Below, one piece after another: positions 9,598 to 20,440 of a DNA stretch of 64,000 bases. The notes below the pieces were generated by a model that worked only from the letters and a program-made list of their open reading frames with translations, was not told the origin of the DNA and ran no database searches. Positions within the stretch are counted from its first letter, which is position 1; every line of letters begins with the position of its first letter. Both the position numbers and the translations under genes were made by a program. Origin of the DNA: an uncultured Planctomycetota bacterium (GTDB lineage: Bacteria; Planctomycetota; Planctomycetia; Isosphaerales; Isosphaeraceae); assembly GCA_963737655.1 (NCBI GenBank), contig CAVTTN010000002.1, forward strand, positions 3,904,001 to 3,968,000. Direction: 5' to 3'.

Positions 9598-11352
9598 CTA
9601 CTTCACGACTCGCAGCAGTTCTTTGATGGATGTCTTGCCCTGGATGACCTGGCGGAGGCCGTCTTCCTGGAGGTAGATCATCCCGTTCTTGCGGGCCTCG
9701 GCCTTGATGGCGTTGATCGACGGGTTCTCGCGGATCAGGTCGCGCATCGGCTCGGTGATGACCAGGAGCTCGAAGATGCCGGTCCGGCCGACGTACCCCG
9801 TGCCCCCGCAGGTGGGGCAGACCTGTTCGGGGTTTTCCGGCGGGCGATAGAAGACGTCCACCTTGTCCACCGGCAGGTTGGCCTTCTGGAGGAACTCGGG
9901 CTTGGGCTTGTAGGGTTCCTTGCAGGTCTCGCAGAGGACGCGGACGAGCCGTTGGCCGAGGACCGCCGTGAGCGCCGAGGCGATCATGAAGGGCTCGACG
10001 CCCAGGTCGAGCAGCCGGAACAGGGCGGTGACGGTGTCGTTGGCGTGGACCGTCGAGAACACCATGTGGCCGGTCGTCGCCGCCTGGCAGGAGATGGTGG
10101 CCGTTTCCTGGTCGCGGATCTCGCCGATCATGATCACGTCCGGGTCCTGCCGGAGGATCGACCGGAGACTCGTCGCAAACGTCTGTCCCGCCTTGGAGTT
10201 AATCTCGATCTGGGTGATCCCGTCGATGTGATATTCGATCGGGTCCTCGACGGTGATGATGTTCTTCTGGAAGCGGTCGATCTCGCGGATGCAGGCGTAG
10301 AGCGTGGTGCTCTTGCCCGAGCCGGTCGGCCCGCAGCAGAGGAACATCCCGTGGGGCTGAGTGACCAGGCTGCGAACCTCCTGGGCCATCTTGGGCCGGA
10401 CGCCGATCTCGTCGACCTTGGCGACGGACGCGGCGTTGTCGAGGATTCGCATCACCAGCTTCTCGCCGGCCTTCGAACCGGACGTGGCCACGCGGAAGTC
10501 GATCTCCCGGCCTTCCAGCTTCGCGGCGAATGAGCCGTCCTGCGGCTTCCTCTTCTCGGAGATGTCCATCGCCGAGAGGACCTTGAAGATGTTGACGACG
10601 GCCACGCCGGTCTCGCGATCGAACGGCTCGGCGGCGTGGAGGATGCCGTCGATCCGGTAGCGGACGGCCAGTTGCTCCTGGGTCGGCTCGAGGTGGATGT
10701 CGGTCGCCCGGCGGAGCACGGCGTCGTACACAAGTTCCTTGGCACCCATGTAATAGGGCGATGTCTCCGCCTTCTCGACCCGGTCCGGATCGAGCTTCCC
10801 CTGGCTCTTCCCGATGAAGATGATCGGCGGCCCGGTCTTGTCGAGTCCGTCGTCGGTCCGGTTGAAGATCCCCTTCATCCCCAACTTGTTCATCAGGCCA
10901 TTGGCAATCTCGCCGAAGTGATAGGGAGTCAACACCTTCCGATCGTCGGGGACGGTCGGGTTCCTCTGACCATAGACGTAATAGAACAACGGGCCGAAGT
11001 AGAGGATCAGCAGCAGGAGCAGCCCGATGAAGTAGATCGGAATCAACCACAAGAGCGCGAAGCCGAGCAATCCCGTGAAGAACGTGATCGAGTTCCAGGT
11101 TTCGAACCTCAGGTTGTTGAGGTCCTTCATGTCGTCGTCGATCCAGTAGGTCGTCCAGGCCCACAGGATGTAGATCAGAAGGACCGGGACGAACTTGAAC
11201 AAGTTCATGTACATCCCGGGGCCGCGAAGCACGGCCATCTCGGTCGATTGGCCGAACAGGAGGACGCCGCCGAGATCCCCCGCCTCGGCGACCGGGGCGA
11301 AGCCGACGAGCAGGGCCAGGACAGCCAGGACGAGCGCGATCGGGCGGGACAT
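9598..11352 (-). CDS. GspE/PilB-family secretion ATPase with an N-terminal signal peptide and TM helices
   Basis: TDIHLEP, Walker [39 protein letters not shown] and CETC..CPTC. Confidence 0.92.
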   Translation of the reverse strand: MSRPIALVLAVLALLVGFAPVAEAGDLGGVLLFGQSTEMAVLRGPGMYMNLFKFVPVLLIYILWAWTTYWIDDDMKDLNNLRFETWNSITFFTGLLGFALLWLIPIYFIGLLLLLILYFGPLFYYVYGQRNPTVPDDRKVLTPYHFGEIANGLMNKLGMKGIFNRTDDGLDKTGPPIIFIGKSQGKLDPDRVEKAETSPYYMGAKELVYDAVLRRATDIHLEPTQEQLAVRYRIDGILHAAEPFDRETGVAVVNIFKVLSAMDISEKRKPQDGSFAAKLEGREIDFRVATSGSKAGEKLVMRILDNAASVAKVDEIGVRPKMAQEVRSLVTQPHGMFLCCGPTGSGKSTTLYACIREIDRFQKNIITVEDPIEYHIDGITQIEINSKAGQTFATSLRSILRQDPDVIMIGEIRDQETATISCQAATTGHMVFSTVHANDTVTALFRLLDLGVEPFMIASALTAVLGQRLVRVLCETCKEPYKPKPEFLQKANLPVDKVDVFYRPPENPEQVCPTCGGTGYVGRTGIFELLVITEPMRDLIRENPSINAIKAEARKNGMIYLQEDGLRQVIQGKTSIKELLRVVK

Positions 11353-11438
11353 CGGGGACCTCGGCGTCGGGGCGATCCAAAACGGGGCGTGGCGATGCGT
11401 TGCGATAAGTTTCGATGCGTTCGGTCGGGGGCGGCCGA

Positions 11439-12596
11439 TCAGAGGATGCCGGCCTCGGGCAGAGTAATCCCCTTGAGCGCCATTCTCAAGGCGTCGGGGT
11501 TCGGAGCCACCTCGAATGCGGTCGATCGTTCGACTTTCTCGGCCACCACGAGCTGGCGGAGGCTCTCGGTGAAGTCCACCATCCCCTCCTGCTTGCCCAT
11601 CCGGATCGCCTGGGCGAGCTTGATGTCTTCCTCGGTGAGGATCAGCTTGCGGACGATCGGGTTCATCCGCATGATCTCGCAGAGGGGGACGCGGCTCTGC
11701 CCGGTGGCGGCGGCCCAGTCCTTGGCCGTCGGCAGGAGCTTCTGGGCGATCACGGCCTTGAGGTTGAACGCCAGGTTCTGCCTCATCGCCGCGTGCATGT
11801 CCTGGGGGAACAGGTCGAGGATTCGGGAGATCGTCGAGGGTGCCGACGAGGCGTGGAGCGTCCCGAAGACCAGGTGGCCGGTCTCGGCCGCGTGGAGGGC
11901 CGCGTTGAACGTGTCCCGGTCTCGCATCTCGCCCACCAGGATGATGTCCGGGTCCTGCCGGACCGCGTGCTTCAACGCCGTGTCCCAGTCGCAGACGTCG
12001 ATGCCGACCTCTCGCTGGTTGATGATGCACTTATCGTCGGTGAACGTGAATTCGATCGGGTCCTCGATCGTCACGATGTGGCAGCGTTCGGTCTCGTTCA
12101 CGTAGTTGAGCATCGAGGCGATCGTGGTCGACTTGCCCGACCCGGTCACGCCGGAGAGGATGATGATCCCCTGGTCTTCCTTGACGATCTCGGCGAGGAT
12201 CGGCGGCAGGCCCAGGCCCTCGAAGTTGGGGATCTTGGTGTTGACGCGCCGGGCCACCAGGCTGAGCCGTCCCCGGGCGCGGAACAGGTTCACGCGGAAC
12301 CGGTTCTCGACGCCATCGGTGTCCACGACGATGTGGGCGAAGTCGGCCCCGCCGGTCTCCTCCAAAATGTTGCGCTGCCGGGGCGTCATGATCGGGTACA
12401 TCAGCCGTTCCATGTCGGCCGTGGTCAGCTGAGGCAGCTGCATCTGGCGGAGGACGCCCGAGAGCCTCATCGACGGGGCCATCCCCACCTTCAGGTGGAG
12501 GTCCGACCCCTTGTGCTTCATGACCATCCGGAACAGCTTGTTCGCCTCGGGCTCGTTGACCGACGATTCGATCGTGGTGGCTTCCACGGTGGACAT
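11439..12596 (-). CDS. pilT: Type IV pilus retraction ATPase PilT/PilU
   Basis: [39 protein letters not shown] and [12 protein letters not shown]. Confidence 0.92.
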   Translation of the reverse strand: MSTVEATTIESSVNEPEANKLFRMVMKHKGSDLHLKVGMAPSMRLSGVLRQMQLPQLTTADMERLMYPIMTPRQRNILEETGGADFAHIVVDTDGVENRFRVNLFRARGRLSLVARRVNTKIPNFEGLGLPPILAEIVKEDQGIIILSGVTGSGKSTTIASMLNYVNETERCHIVTIEDPIEFTFTDDKCIINQREVGIDVCDWDTALKHAVRQDPDIILVGEMRDRDTFNAALHAAETGHLVFGTLHASSAPSTISRILDLFPQDMHAAMRQNLAFNLKAVIAQKLLPTAKDWAAATGQSRVPLCEIMRMNPIVRKLILTEEDIKLAQAIRMGKQEGMVDFTESLRQLVVAEKVERSTAFEVAPNPDALRMALKGITLPEAGIL

Positions 12597-12669
12597 GGAC
12601 GGGCGCTCCGTGGCGGAAATCCTGAATTCCCAGGGCGTTGCGATCGGAGAGAGGACGGGGACGCCGGGA

Positions 12670-13469
12670 TCAACCCGTGGCCGCCACCGGCACCGGCCGG
12701 CTCGTGAGCCTCACGGGGACGCCTCGGCGGGCGAGGTATTCCTTGGTCTGAGCGATCGTGAATTCGCGATAGTGGAAGATGCTGGCGGCCAGGGCGGCCG
12801 AGGCGCCCCCTTCGTCCAGGGCCGCCCTCAGGTGCTCGGGCGAGCCGCCCCCCCCGAGGCGACCACCGGGACGCCCACGGCGTCGCTGACCGCCCGGGTC
12901 ATCGGCAAATCATACCCGTTCTTCGTCCCGTCCGCATCCATGCTGGTCAGGACAATTTCGCCGGCGCCCAGTTCTTCCACCCGGACCGCCCATTCCACGG
13001 CCTCCAGCCCGGTTGTGAGCCTTCCGCCGTTGATGTGAACTTCCCAGACTTCCCGATCGCCGCGGCCTACCCGCTTCGGGTCGATGTTCACCACGATGCA
13101 CTGCCGGCCGAATCGCCGGGCGGCCCGGCGGACGAACTCCGGGTCGCGGACGGCCGCCGAGTTGATCGAAACCTTGTCGGCACCGGCATTTAAGAGAGCA
13201 CGGATGTCGTCCAGGTCGCGGATTCCCCCGCCGACGGTCAGGGGCATGAAGCAGACTTCCGCCGTCCTCCGGACCACGTCCAGGAGGATCCCCCGATTCT
13301 CGTGACTGGCGGTGATATCGAGGAAGACCAGCTCGTCGGCCCCTTCCTCCTCGTATCGCGAGGCGACCTCCACCGGGTCGCCGGCATCGCGGAGGTTGAG
13401 GAAGTTCGTCCCCTTGACAACGCGCCCGGCGTTGACGTCCAGGCAGGGGATGATCCGCTTGGCGAGCAT
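12670..13469 (-). CDS. hisF: Imidazole glycerol phosphate synthase cyclase subunit; apparent frameshift at about 12850
   Basis: [42 protein letters not shown]; after the shift GSPEH...[10 protein letters not shown]. Confidence 0.93.
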
Positions 13470-13609
13470 GCCGAATCCCGGTCCGAGGGCGAAAAATGGG
13501 CCGACCCGGGGCCATCGGGTGGGCCAGCCCAAATCTTATCCCGACGGTCCGGCCAATCCTAGACTCTCCCCGCGAAACCGCGACCCTGGGTACTCTTACT
13601 CGGTCCCGG

Positions 13610-14227
13610 TCAGATCAAGATGAACCCGGCCCACATCATGAACGGCAGCTCCACGAGGCAGAGGACACCCAGGACCAGGCCGAGCCGATCGATCCAGTCC
13701 GCAGACCGCCGACAACGTCGATCGATCGCCAACGAAAGCCACGAGGCCGCCACCGAGGCCCCGGCCGCCATCATGAAGAGCACGACCGAGCGGAACGCCA
13801 GGCCGTACATCTCCGGCTGGATCGCCCCGCGGGCCACGAAGATTCGCGTCCAGAGAGGCACCACCAGCACACCCCAGCCGGCCCCCATCGCCAGGACCGA
13901 CCCGGCGACGCTCCGAACCGCCGCGCTCCCCGGCCGCCAGCGTCGACGACCCGGCCTTGGCGGCACGAACCTCAAGATCGCCAGGGCCAATCCCCAGCAC
14001 AGGAGGAATGGCGCGGCGATCTCGAACCAGAACAGCAGATAGACCGGCGCCGACCAGAACCCGCGAAGTCGGGCGTTCTGGATCACGCTCATGGGGTCGC
14101 CAAAATCGGCGTCATACGATCCCATCACCTTCTGCATGAATCGCAGGGCCACCGCCGTCGCGGCCGTCAGCACGAGGCCGTCGAGGATCGTGAAGCGACG
14201 AGGCCGGCGGCCGGCGGGTGCGCTCAT
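13610..14227 (-). CDS. Hypothetical multi-TM membrane protein
   Basis: Several TM segments, N-terminal RRFTILDGLVL, and an ATGA overlap with the upstream gene. Confidence 0.75.
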   Translation of the reverse strand: MSAPAGRRPRRFTILDGLVLTAATAVALRFMQKVMGSYDADFGDPMSVIQNARLRGFWSAPVYLLFWFEIAAPFLLCWGLALAILRFVPPRPGRRRWRPGSAAVRSVAGSVLAMGAGWGVLVVPLWTRIFVARGAIQPEMYGLAFRSVVLFMMAAGASVAASWLSLAIDRRCRRSADWIDRLGLVLGVLCLVELPFMMWAGFILI

Positions 14228-14829
14228 GAATCGTCCTCATTCAGGGCGTTCCGCCAGAACGCCACCCGTTTTTCGGCCCGGGCGAGATGCTCGACCAGAA
14301 GCGCCTCATCCTGATCGTCCCAGACGCCGCGTTCCACCACGTCCTCGACGAATCGGAGATGCTCCTCCGGCACGAGCAAGTAAGCGATGGCCTCCAGGCC
14401 GATCCGGCGGCGGTCGCGATCGATTCCCCGGCTCCAGGCGGCCAGGAATGGCAGGATCTCGCGATCCTTCCTCCGCGCCAGGGCGGAGGCGGCCGCCTCC
14501 ACGATCGAGGGCCGAGGGTCGGCCAGCAGCGACCGGAGCCGGCCGATCAGGCGAGCGTCGAACGGGGGACACTCGGCGATCGCGGCCCGGACGATCGTCT
14601 CATCCGGGTCGTCGAGCAATTTCAGGAGGAGCGCCGAGACCTCGGGTTCCCCCTTCCTCCGTTCGGAAAGCTCGATGAGGGCGGAAGTTCGGTCGTGGAC
14701 CGATCGGGAAGGATCCTCGGCCGTCCCCGCCAGGTCCGCCGTCGATCCCGTCGGGGCGACTTCCGCCTTCTCCGGGCCTTCGAGCCTCGACAAGACCGCT
14801 TTCAGGCGATCGGCCAGCGCCTCATCCAT
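14224..14829 (-). CDS. HEAT-repeat protein
   Basis: LLDDPDETIVRAAI and LLADPRPSIVEAAASAL repeats; overlaps the dinG stop. Confidence 0.75.
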   Translation of the reverse strand: MDEALADRLKAVLSRLEGPEKAEVAPTGSTADLAGTAEDPSRSVHDRTSALIELSERRKGEPEVSALLLKLLDDPDETIVRAAIAECPPFDARLIGRLRSLLADPRPSIVEAAASALARRKDREILPFLAAWSRGIDRDRRRIGLEAIAYLLVPEEHLRFVEDVVERGVWDDQDEALLVEHLARAEKRVAFWRNALNEDDS

Positions 14830-16828
14830 CGCCGAGCCCCGATCGGAGAGGGCCCACGTGCCCGAGGGCCTCGACGATCCTCGGGCATTCGGGCAAGGAG
14901 CCGAGGAACTGCTTCCCATACGGCTTGGTGAGGACTCTCGGGTCTAAAATGGCAACAATCCCGGTGTCCGTCTTGTGGCGGATCAATCGCCCGAACCCCT
15001 GTTTCAGCTTGATGATGGCCTCGGGCACCTGGAAATCCAGGAACGGATTGCCCCCCCGTCGGCGGATCGCCTCCAGGCGGGCCTCGATCAACGGCCGGTC
15101 CGGCACGCTGAACGGCAACCTCGTGATGATCACGTTGGAGAGCGACTCGCCCGGCACATCGACCCCCTGCCAGAAACTATCCGTCCCGAAGATGACGCTG
15201 TCCACGTCCCGCCGGAACGCCTCCACCATCTTCGTTCGGGTCGTCCCATCCGATTGGCAAAATAAGGCAATATTCTTCGAGGCCAGCCACGGCGTGAGGC
15301 AGCGGGCGGCTTCCTCCATCATCCGGTACGAGGTGAACAGGACGAAGGCCTTGCCGTGGGTCTTTTCCAGGTAGAAGCGGATGGCGTCGATCGACCGCCG
15401 TTCGAATTCCTTCGGATCTTCGGACGGGTCGGGGAGGTCGCGGGGGATGTGGAGCGTGACCTGATTCGGATAGTCAAACGGGCTCCCGAGTTGCAGAGTC
15501 TTGCACCGGGTCAGCCCCAGCCGGGTCTTGGCGAACCCGAAGCCCGGCGGATGGCCGACGCTCAGGGTCGCCGAGGTCAGGATGCACGTCGGGACGCGGT
15601 CGAACAGGTCTCGGCGGAGGGTCGGCCCGACGTCCAGAGGCGCCCGGCAGAGGTTCACCCGCCTCTTTCCCGCCTCCACCTCGATCCAGTGGACCTCGCC
15701 GTCCGGGTCGTCCTGAGAAAGCCACGACGAGAGGGACAGGGCCAGGCCGTCGCATCGTTCGCTCGCCGAGGAGAGCTCAACCTTCTGCTCCTCCTCGCCG
15801 ACCGACTCCGCGGCCCGGGCGATGGCCGAGGCGAGCTTGCGAAGCTCCTCGCCCAGGATGTCCGGGATCGGCAAGGGGCGCCGAAGCCGCCCATTCGACG
15901 CACCTTTGGCCCCTTGCCAGTGCCCCACGGCATCGAAGAACTCGCGGGCCGCCTGCCGGGACCGGACCACCTGCCCCATCGCGTCATGGAGCCGATGATA
16001 AACCAGTAAACCCTTGGCCGTCCTCTCGTTATAAAGCCGGGACAGGACGTAATCCACGCCCGACGAGCTGACCCGAAGGCCCAGGTGGTCGCCGGCCACC
16101 GCCTCCAGAGTGTGGGCCTCGTCGAAGATCACGATGTCGTGCTCGGGCAGAAAGCCGGTCCCCTGCCCTCGTAACGCAAGGTCGCTGAAATACAACGCAT
16201 GATTCACCACGAGGATGTTGGCCGACCACATCCTCCTTCTTGCCTTGAAGTAATGGCAATCGCGATACCTGGGGCACTTCTTGCCCAGGCAGTTTCCGTT
16301 CTCGCTGGCCACCGCCTCCCACACGGCCGGGGACGGGCGAAAATCGAGGTCCGAACGGCTCCCGTCCTCGGTCCGGGCCGCCCAACGCCTCAGCTCACCA
16401 ATCTGATCGAAGTCGGCGGGGTCGTGGAACGTGGAGCCTGCGCGTGCATGGGTCGATTCAAGCCTTCTTAAGCTGATATAATTGGATCGTCCCTTGATCA
16501 GGACGGCCGTGAACTCCTGGGGCATGACCGCCCGGAGGAACGGTAAGTCCTTACTTAGCAATTGTTCCTGGAGGCTGATGGTGTGGGTCGAGACGACGAC
16601 CTTCTTGCCCGATTCGGCCGCCGCGAGGATCGCCGGGACCAGGTAGGCGAAACTCTTGCCGACGCCCGTGCCGGCCTCGACCATCAGGTGATGCCCTTCG
16701 GCCATGGCCTCGGCGGCGGCCGAGGCCATCGCGACCTGCTCGGACCTCGGCTCATATCCCGAGAGCCGCCGCGAGACCGAGCCATCCGGGCCGAGGATCG
16801 CCGAAGGGTCGAGGCGCATCCGGGCCAT
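14822..16828 (-). CDS. dinG: ATP-dependent DNA helicase, DinG/YoaA family (Fe-S)
   Basis: EAGTGVGKS, KGRSNY, C..KKC...C, DEAH, TSATL, FWQGVDVPG and QGFGRLIR. Confidence 0.92.
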   Translation of the reverse strand: MARMRLDPSAILGPDGSVSRRLSGYEPRSEQVAMASAAAEAMAEGHHLMVEAGTGVGKSFAYLVPAILAAAESGKKVVVSTHTISLQEQLLSKDLPFLRAVMPQEFTAVLIKGRSNYISLRRLESTHARAGSTFHDPADFDQIGELRRWAARTEDGSRSDLDFRPSPAVWEAVASENGNCLGKKCPRYRDCHYFKARRRMWSANILVVNHALYFSDLALRGQGTGFLPEHDIVIFDEAHTLEAVAGDHLGLRVSSSGVDYVLSRLYNERTAKGLLVYHRLHDAMGQVVRSRQAAREFFDAVGHWQGAKGASNGRLRRPLPIPDILGEELRKLASAIARAAESVGEEEQKVELSSASERCDGLALSLSSWLSQDDPDGEVHWIEVEAGKRRVNLCRAPLDVGPTLRRDLFDRVPTCILTSATLSVGHPPGFGFAKTRLGLTRCKTLQLGSPFDYPNQVTLHIPRDLPDPSEDPKEFERRSIDAIRFYLEKTHGKAFVLFTSYRMMEEAARCLTPWLASKNIALFCQSDGTTRTKMVEAFRRDVDSVIFGTDSFWQGVDVPGESLSNVIITRLPFSVPDRPLIEARLEAIRRRGGNPFLDFQVPEAIIKLKQGFGRLIRHKTDTGIVAILDPRVLTKPYGKQFLGSLPECPRIVEALGHVGPLRSGLGDG

Positions 16829-16848
16829 CCTTGTCCATCGAGAAAGGG

Positions 16849-17874
16849 CTATCGCCCCGTGGCCAGCCCCTCCGTCGGGCTGCTGGCCGTCGCATAGAGC
16901 TTCTTCGGGATCCGCCCCGCGCCCGAAGCCAGACGACCCGCCTCCACGGCCAGCCTCATGGCGTGGGCCATCCGCAAAGGATCGCTCGCCCCGGCGATCC
17001 CCGTATTCAGGAGCACGCCGTCGCAACCTAATTCCATCGCGATCGTTACGTCGCTCGCCGTACCGACGCCCGCATCGACGATCACCGGATAATCCGGATC
17101 GCCGGCCTTCAGGTCTTCGAGGATGATTCGGAGGTTGTTCGGGTTCAGGACGCCCTGGCCGCTGCCGATCGGGCTGCCGGCCGGCATCACGCTGGACGCC
17201 CCCTCCGCCTTCAGGCGACGGGCCATCACCGGGTCGTCGCTGGTGTAGCAGAGGACTCGAAATCCTTCCGCCACCAATAGTTTCGTCGCCTCGAGGGTTG
17301 CCAGAGGGTCGGGAAGCAGGGTCCTCGGGTCCGCCAGGACTTCCAGCTTGACCCAGTCGGCGCCGGGGTTTTCCAGCCCCAGGAGGATCTCCCGGCCCAG
17401 CCGGGCGGTCCGGACCGCGTCCTCGGCCGAGAAGCACCCGGCGGTATTCGGAAGGATCGTGAACCGCCGCAAATCGATGAAATCCAGGAGCTTGCGTCCG
17501 GACCGGTCCTGGAGCCTCTCGCGACGGACCGCCACGGTCACGACCTCGGATCCCGAGGCGTCCAGGCAATCCCTCATCAGCTCCAGGGAAGAGTACTTAC
17601 CCGTCCCCACAAGTAACCGGCTGCGAAACCGGTGCCCCCCGATCATCAGGGGAGGGGGCGAGTCCAGGTCCGGGGCCCCTCCTCCCACGAGCGTAACCAC
17701 TTCCAGGACATCTCCTTCGGTCACGGGAGTGGATTCGTGACGAGTCCTCGGAACGAGATCCCGATTCTTCTCCACGGCCACGTGCTCGGATCGCAACTCC
17801 AAAATGGCAAGCAGTTTAGAGACCGTCAAGGGTCCGGGCAGGCAACGGGGCTGACCATTGAGTGTGATCGTCAC
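16849..17874 (-). CDS. thiG: ThiS-ThiG fusion (sulfur carrier plus thiazole synthase)
   Basis: ITLNG...VAVEKN..LVPR...[13 protein letters not shown] in frame with [23 protein letters not shown] and DAGVG. Confidence 0.9.
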   Translation of the reverse strand: MTITLNGQPRCLPGPLTVSKLLAILELRSEHVAVEKNRDLVPRTRHESTPVTEGDVLEVVTLVGGGAPDLDSPPPLMIGGHRFRSRLLVGTGKYSSLELMRDCLDASGSEVVTVAVRRERLQDRSGRKLLDFIDLRRFTILPNTAGCFSAEDAVRTARLGREILLGLENPGADWVKLEVLADPRTLLPDPLATLEATKLLVAEGFRVLCYTSDDPVMARRLKAEGASSVMPAGSPIGSGQGVLNPNNLRIILEDLKAGDPDYPVIVDAGVGTASDVTIAMELGCDGVLLNTGIAGASDPLRMAHAMRLAVEAGRLASGAGRIPKKLYATASSPTEGLATGR

Positions 17875-18257
17875 GAAAAACGTCGCCCCGAGGGTGTGAT
17901 CTCCACGTCCGTCCATCCTAAGCCGCCCGCCCGAACCGGGTCAAGCGAACCCTCGATTCGAGAGCGACGGTTTCTCCGGGGGATTCTACCGTTCGTTGCA
18001 CATCCCCACTCAATCATAGATAAACTCATATAATAAATCTCAAATAATATAAAACTTGCGCACTTCAATCGAGTCACTCGTAGTGGAAGAGGGCATTCGG
18101 CAGCCGAGAAGTTGCGGACTGAATGCAGGAAATCCATTCCTCAGTAATCTGCGTCATCTGCAGTTGCCGATAACCTTCGATCTGTTTATAAGGTGTAGCA
18201 CAGATTTTCATCTTTATCATTTCGCCATTACACATGATAATTCCAATGAGACAGCCT

Positions 18258-18812
18258 TCAAAGTCCGCGCAAAGCGCGCCGATTCTTTTCGATCTGAAAG
18301 TGGCAGAGCGCGACGGCGCAGGCATCGGCCACGTCGTGAGGTTCGGGCAGATGTTCCAGGCGGAGCTCGGTCTGGATGGCATGTTGAATTTGGAGTTTCG
18401 GCGCCCGGCCGCTTCCAGTGAGGCTCTTCTTGATTCGGGTCGCTGCGTAACCCACGACGGGGACACCCCTTCGGGCCGCCGCGAGCATGATGACCCCCCG
18501 GGCATGGGCCATCAGGATGGCCGTCCTCGGATGCTTGACATGGCTATGCACCTGCTCCAGGGCCAGGGCCTCGGGAGGGAACGCATCAAGGACTTCGAGA
18601 ACGCCTCGGTGGATGCGTTCCAGGCGACTTGCCAGATTCGAGGCGTCCCGACCCCCGCGAACGACCCCCGCTTCCACGACGCGAGCCCCCGAGCCGAACG
18701 GCTCGACCACGGCATAGCCAGTCACGCTCAGCCCCGGGTCGATCCCCACGACCCGCCCCGTCACGGGTGCGAAGGGAATTTCCGATTGAGAAACGCGGGC
18801 GCTCGTCGCCAT
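18258..18812 (-). CDS. ruvC: Crossover junction endodeoxyribonuclease RuvC
   Basis: GIDPGLSVTGY, ALEQ, HARGVI, TGSGRAPK.Q and DVADACAVALCH. Confidence 0.95.
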   Translation of the reverse strand: MATSARVSQSEIPFAPVTGRVVGIDPGLSVTGYAVVEPFGSGARVVEAGVVRGGRDASNLASRLERIHRGVLEVLDAFPPEALALEQVHSHVKHPRTAILMAHARGVIMLAAARRGVPVVGYAATRIKKSLTGSGRAPKLQIQHAIQTELRLEHLPEPHDVADACAVALCHFQIEKNRRALRGL

Positions 18813-18877
18813 GATTACGCGTATCCTTCCCTGGAAGATCGTTTCTGGATCGCTGCAAACCCATCCTGGGTTCAGAT

Positions 18878-20391
18878 TTAGCTCTTGGATTCGATCTTCC
18901 AGCCGGTCCCGCCCGGCCGATCTTCCAAAACCACACCCAGCTTTCCCAGATCGTCGCGAATCTGGTCCGCAAGTCGGAAATTCTTCTCCTTGCGCACTTG
19001 CGTTCTCAAATCAACCAAAAGGTCCAGGAGGGCGGGAGTCAGGCCGGCTTCGGTCGGCGGCGCGGCCGTCGGCTGGCGGAAGAGGCCGAGGATTCGGGTG
19101 AGTTCGCGAAGGACCAGGACGCCGCGTCGCCAATCCGCCAGGCGGCCGGGGTCGCCGTCGGGCGATTCGATCCCCGCCTCGTCGGCGAAGCGGTTCAGGA
19201 CCCGGACGAGGCCATAAAGGGCCCCCAAGGCCCCACCCGTGTTGAAGTCATCATCCATCGCGTCCAGGAACTGGCGGCGGAACTCGGCGATCTCCGTGGC
19301 CAGCCCGGCAGTCGGCTGAGTCTCCGTAACCACTTTTCCGGCAGGCAGTTCCAGCGCAAAAAACGATGACCCGGTCACGCGTTCGAATCGTTCGAACAAC
19401 TGGCGGAAGGCCTGAAGCCCGCGGGCGGTCTCATCGAGCCGGCTGGGTCCGTAGTCGATCGGTCGGCGATAATGGCTCGCCAGGAGCAGGGCCCGCAGCG
19501 TATCGGGGTCGTGCCTGGCCAGCAAGTCACCCATCAAGACGATCGTCTCGGGGTCGGACTTGCTGATCTTCTTGCCACCCTTGGTAAGCAGGCCATTGTG
19601 AAGCCAATACGTCGCAAAAGGTTTGCCACTAAAGGATTCCGACTGCACCACTTCGTTTTCGTGGTGGGGGAAGACCAGGTCCAAACCCCCTCCATGGATA
19701 TCGAAATGTTCACCCAGGAGCTTCATGCTCATCGCGGAGCATTCGATATGCCAGCCCGGCCGGCCCGGCCCCCAGGGGCTGTCCCAGGCCGGCTCGCCCG
19801 GTTTCGACCCCTTCCAGAGGGCGAAATCGCCGGGGTGGCGCTTCCTCGACGACGGCTCGATCCTCGCCCCAGCCTGGAGTTCCTCGGGATGGCGGTGGCT
19901 CAGCTTCCCATAGTCCGGGCGCGGGTCACATCGAAGTACACGTCCCCCTCGGAGGCGTACGCAAACCCCTTGTCGATCAGACCTTGCGTGATGGTGAGTA
20001 TGTCCCCGATGTGCTCGGTCGCCCGGGGCATGTGGTCGATGCCGTCCACCCCGAGAGCGGTCAGGCACGCCACGTAGTCGGCCGTGACCCGCTCCGCCAG
20101 CTCCTTGACGCGGCTCGCCACGTCCCGATCCGCCGCGCCCTCCCCCTTGACCTGATTGATCAGCTTGTCGTCCACATCCGTGATGTTGACCACCCAGGTC
20201 ACGTCATAACCGGAATAGGCCAAATCGCGCTTAATGGTGTCGAAGATGACCGGTCCGACCATGTGACCGATGTGGCTCGGGGAGTAGACCGTCGGGCCGC
20301 AGACGTACATGCCCACCTTGCGACCGTCGGGATCGACGGTCTGGAACGGCTCCTTCGTCTGGGTGAGCGTGTTGTAGACGCGGAGCGGCAT
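18878..20391 (-). CDS. cysS: Cysteine--tRNA ligase; apparent frameshift at about 19919
   Basis: [52 protein letters not shown] and AMDDDFNT. Confidence 0.95.
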
Positions 20392-20440
20392 GGGCGGCGG
20401 TCTCGCTGGGAATGCGGGAAGTCTGGCGAAGCTCGGGGAT

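Noticed and set aside
14822..16828. DinG as a type IV CRISPR (CasDinG) or defence helicase
   Set aside because: Housekeeping operon context (thiG, hisF) with no csf genes or array.
17875..18257. TPP riboswitch upstream of thiS-thiG
   Set aside because: No CTGAGA or GAACCTGA-type core is visible on the minus strand.
18878..20391. cysS, hisF and others as pseudogenes or programmed frameshifts
   Set aside because: The coding sequence is intact on both sides and the deletion pattern is uniform, so sequencing error is the simplest explanation.
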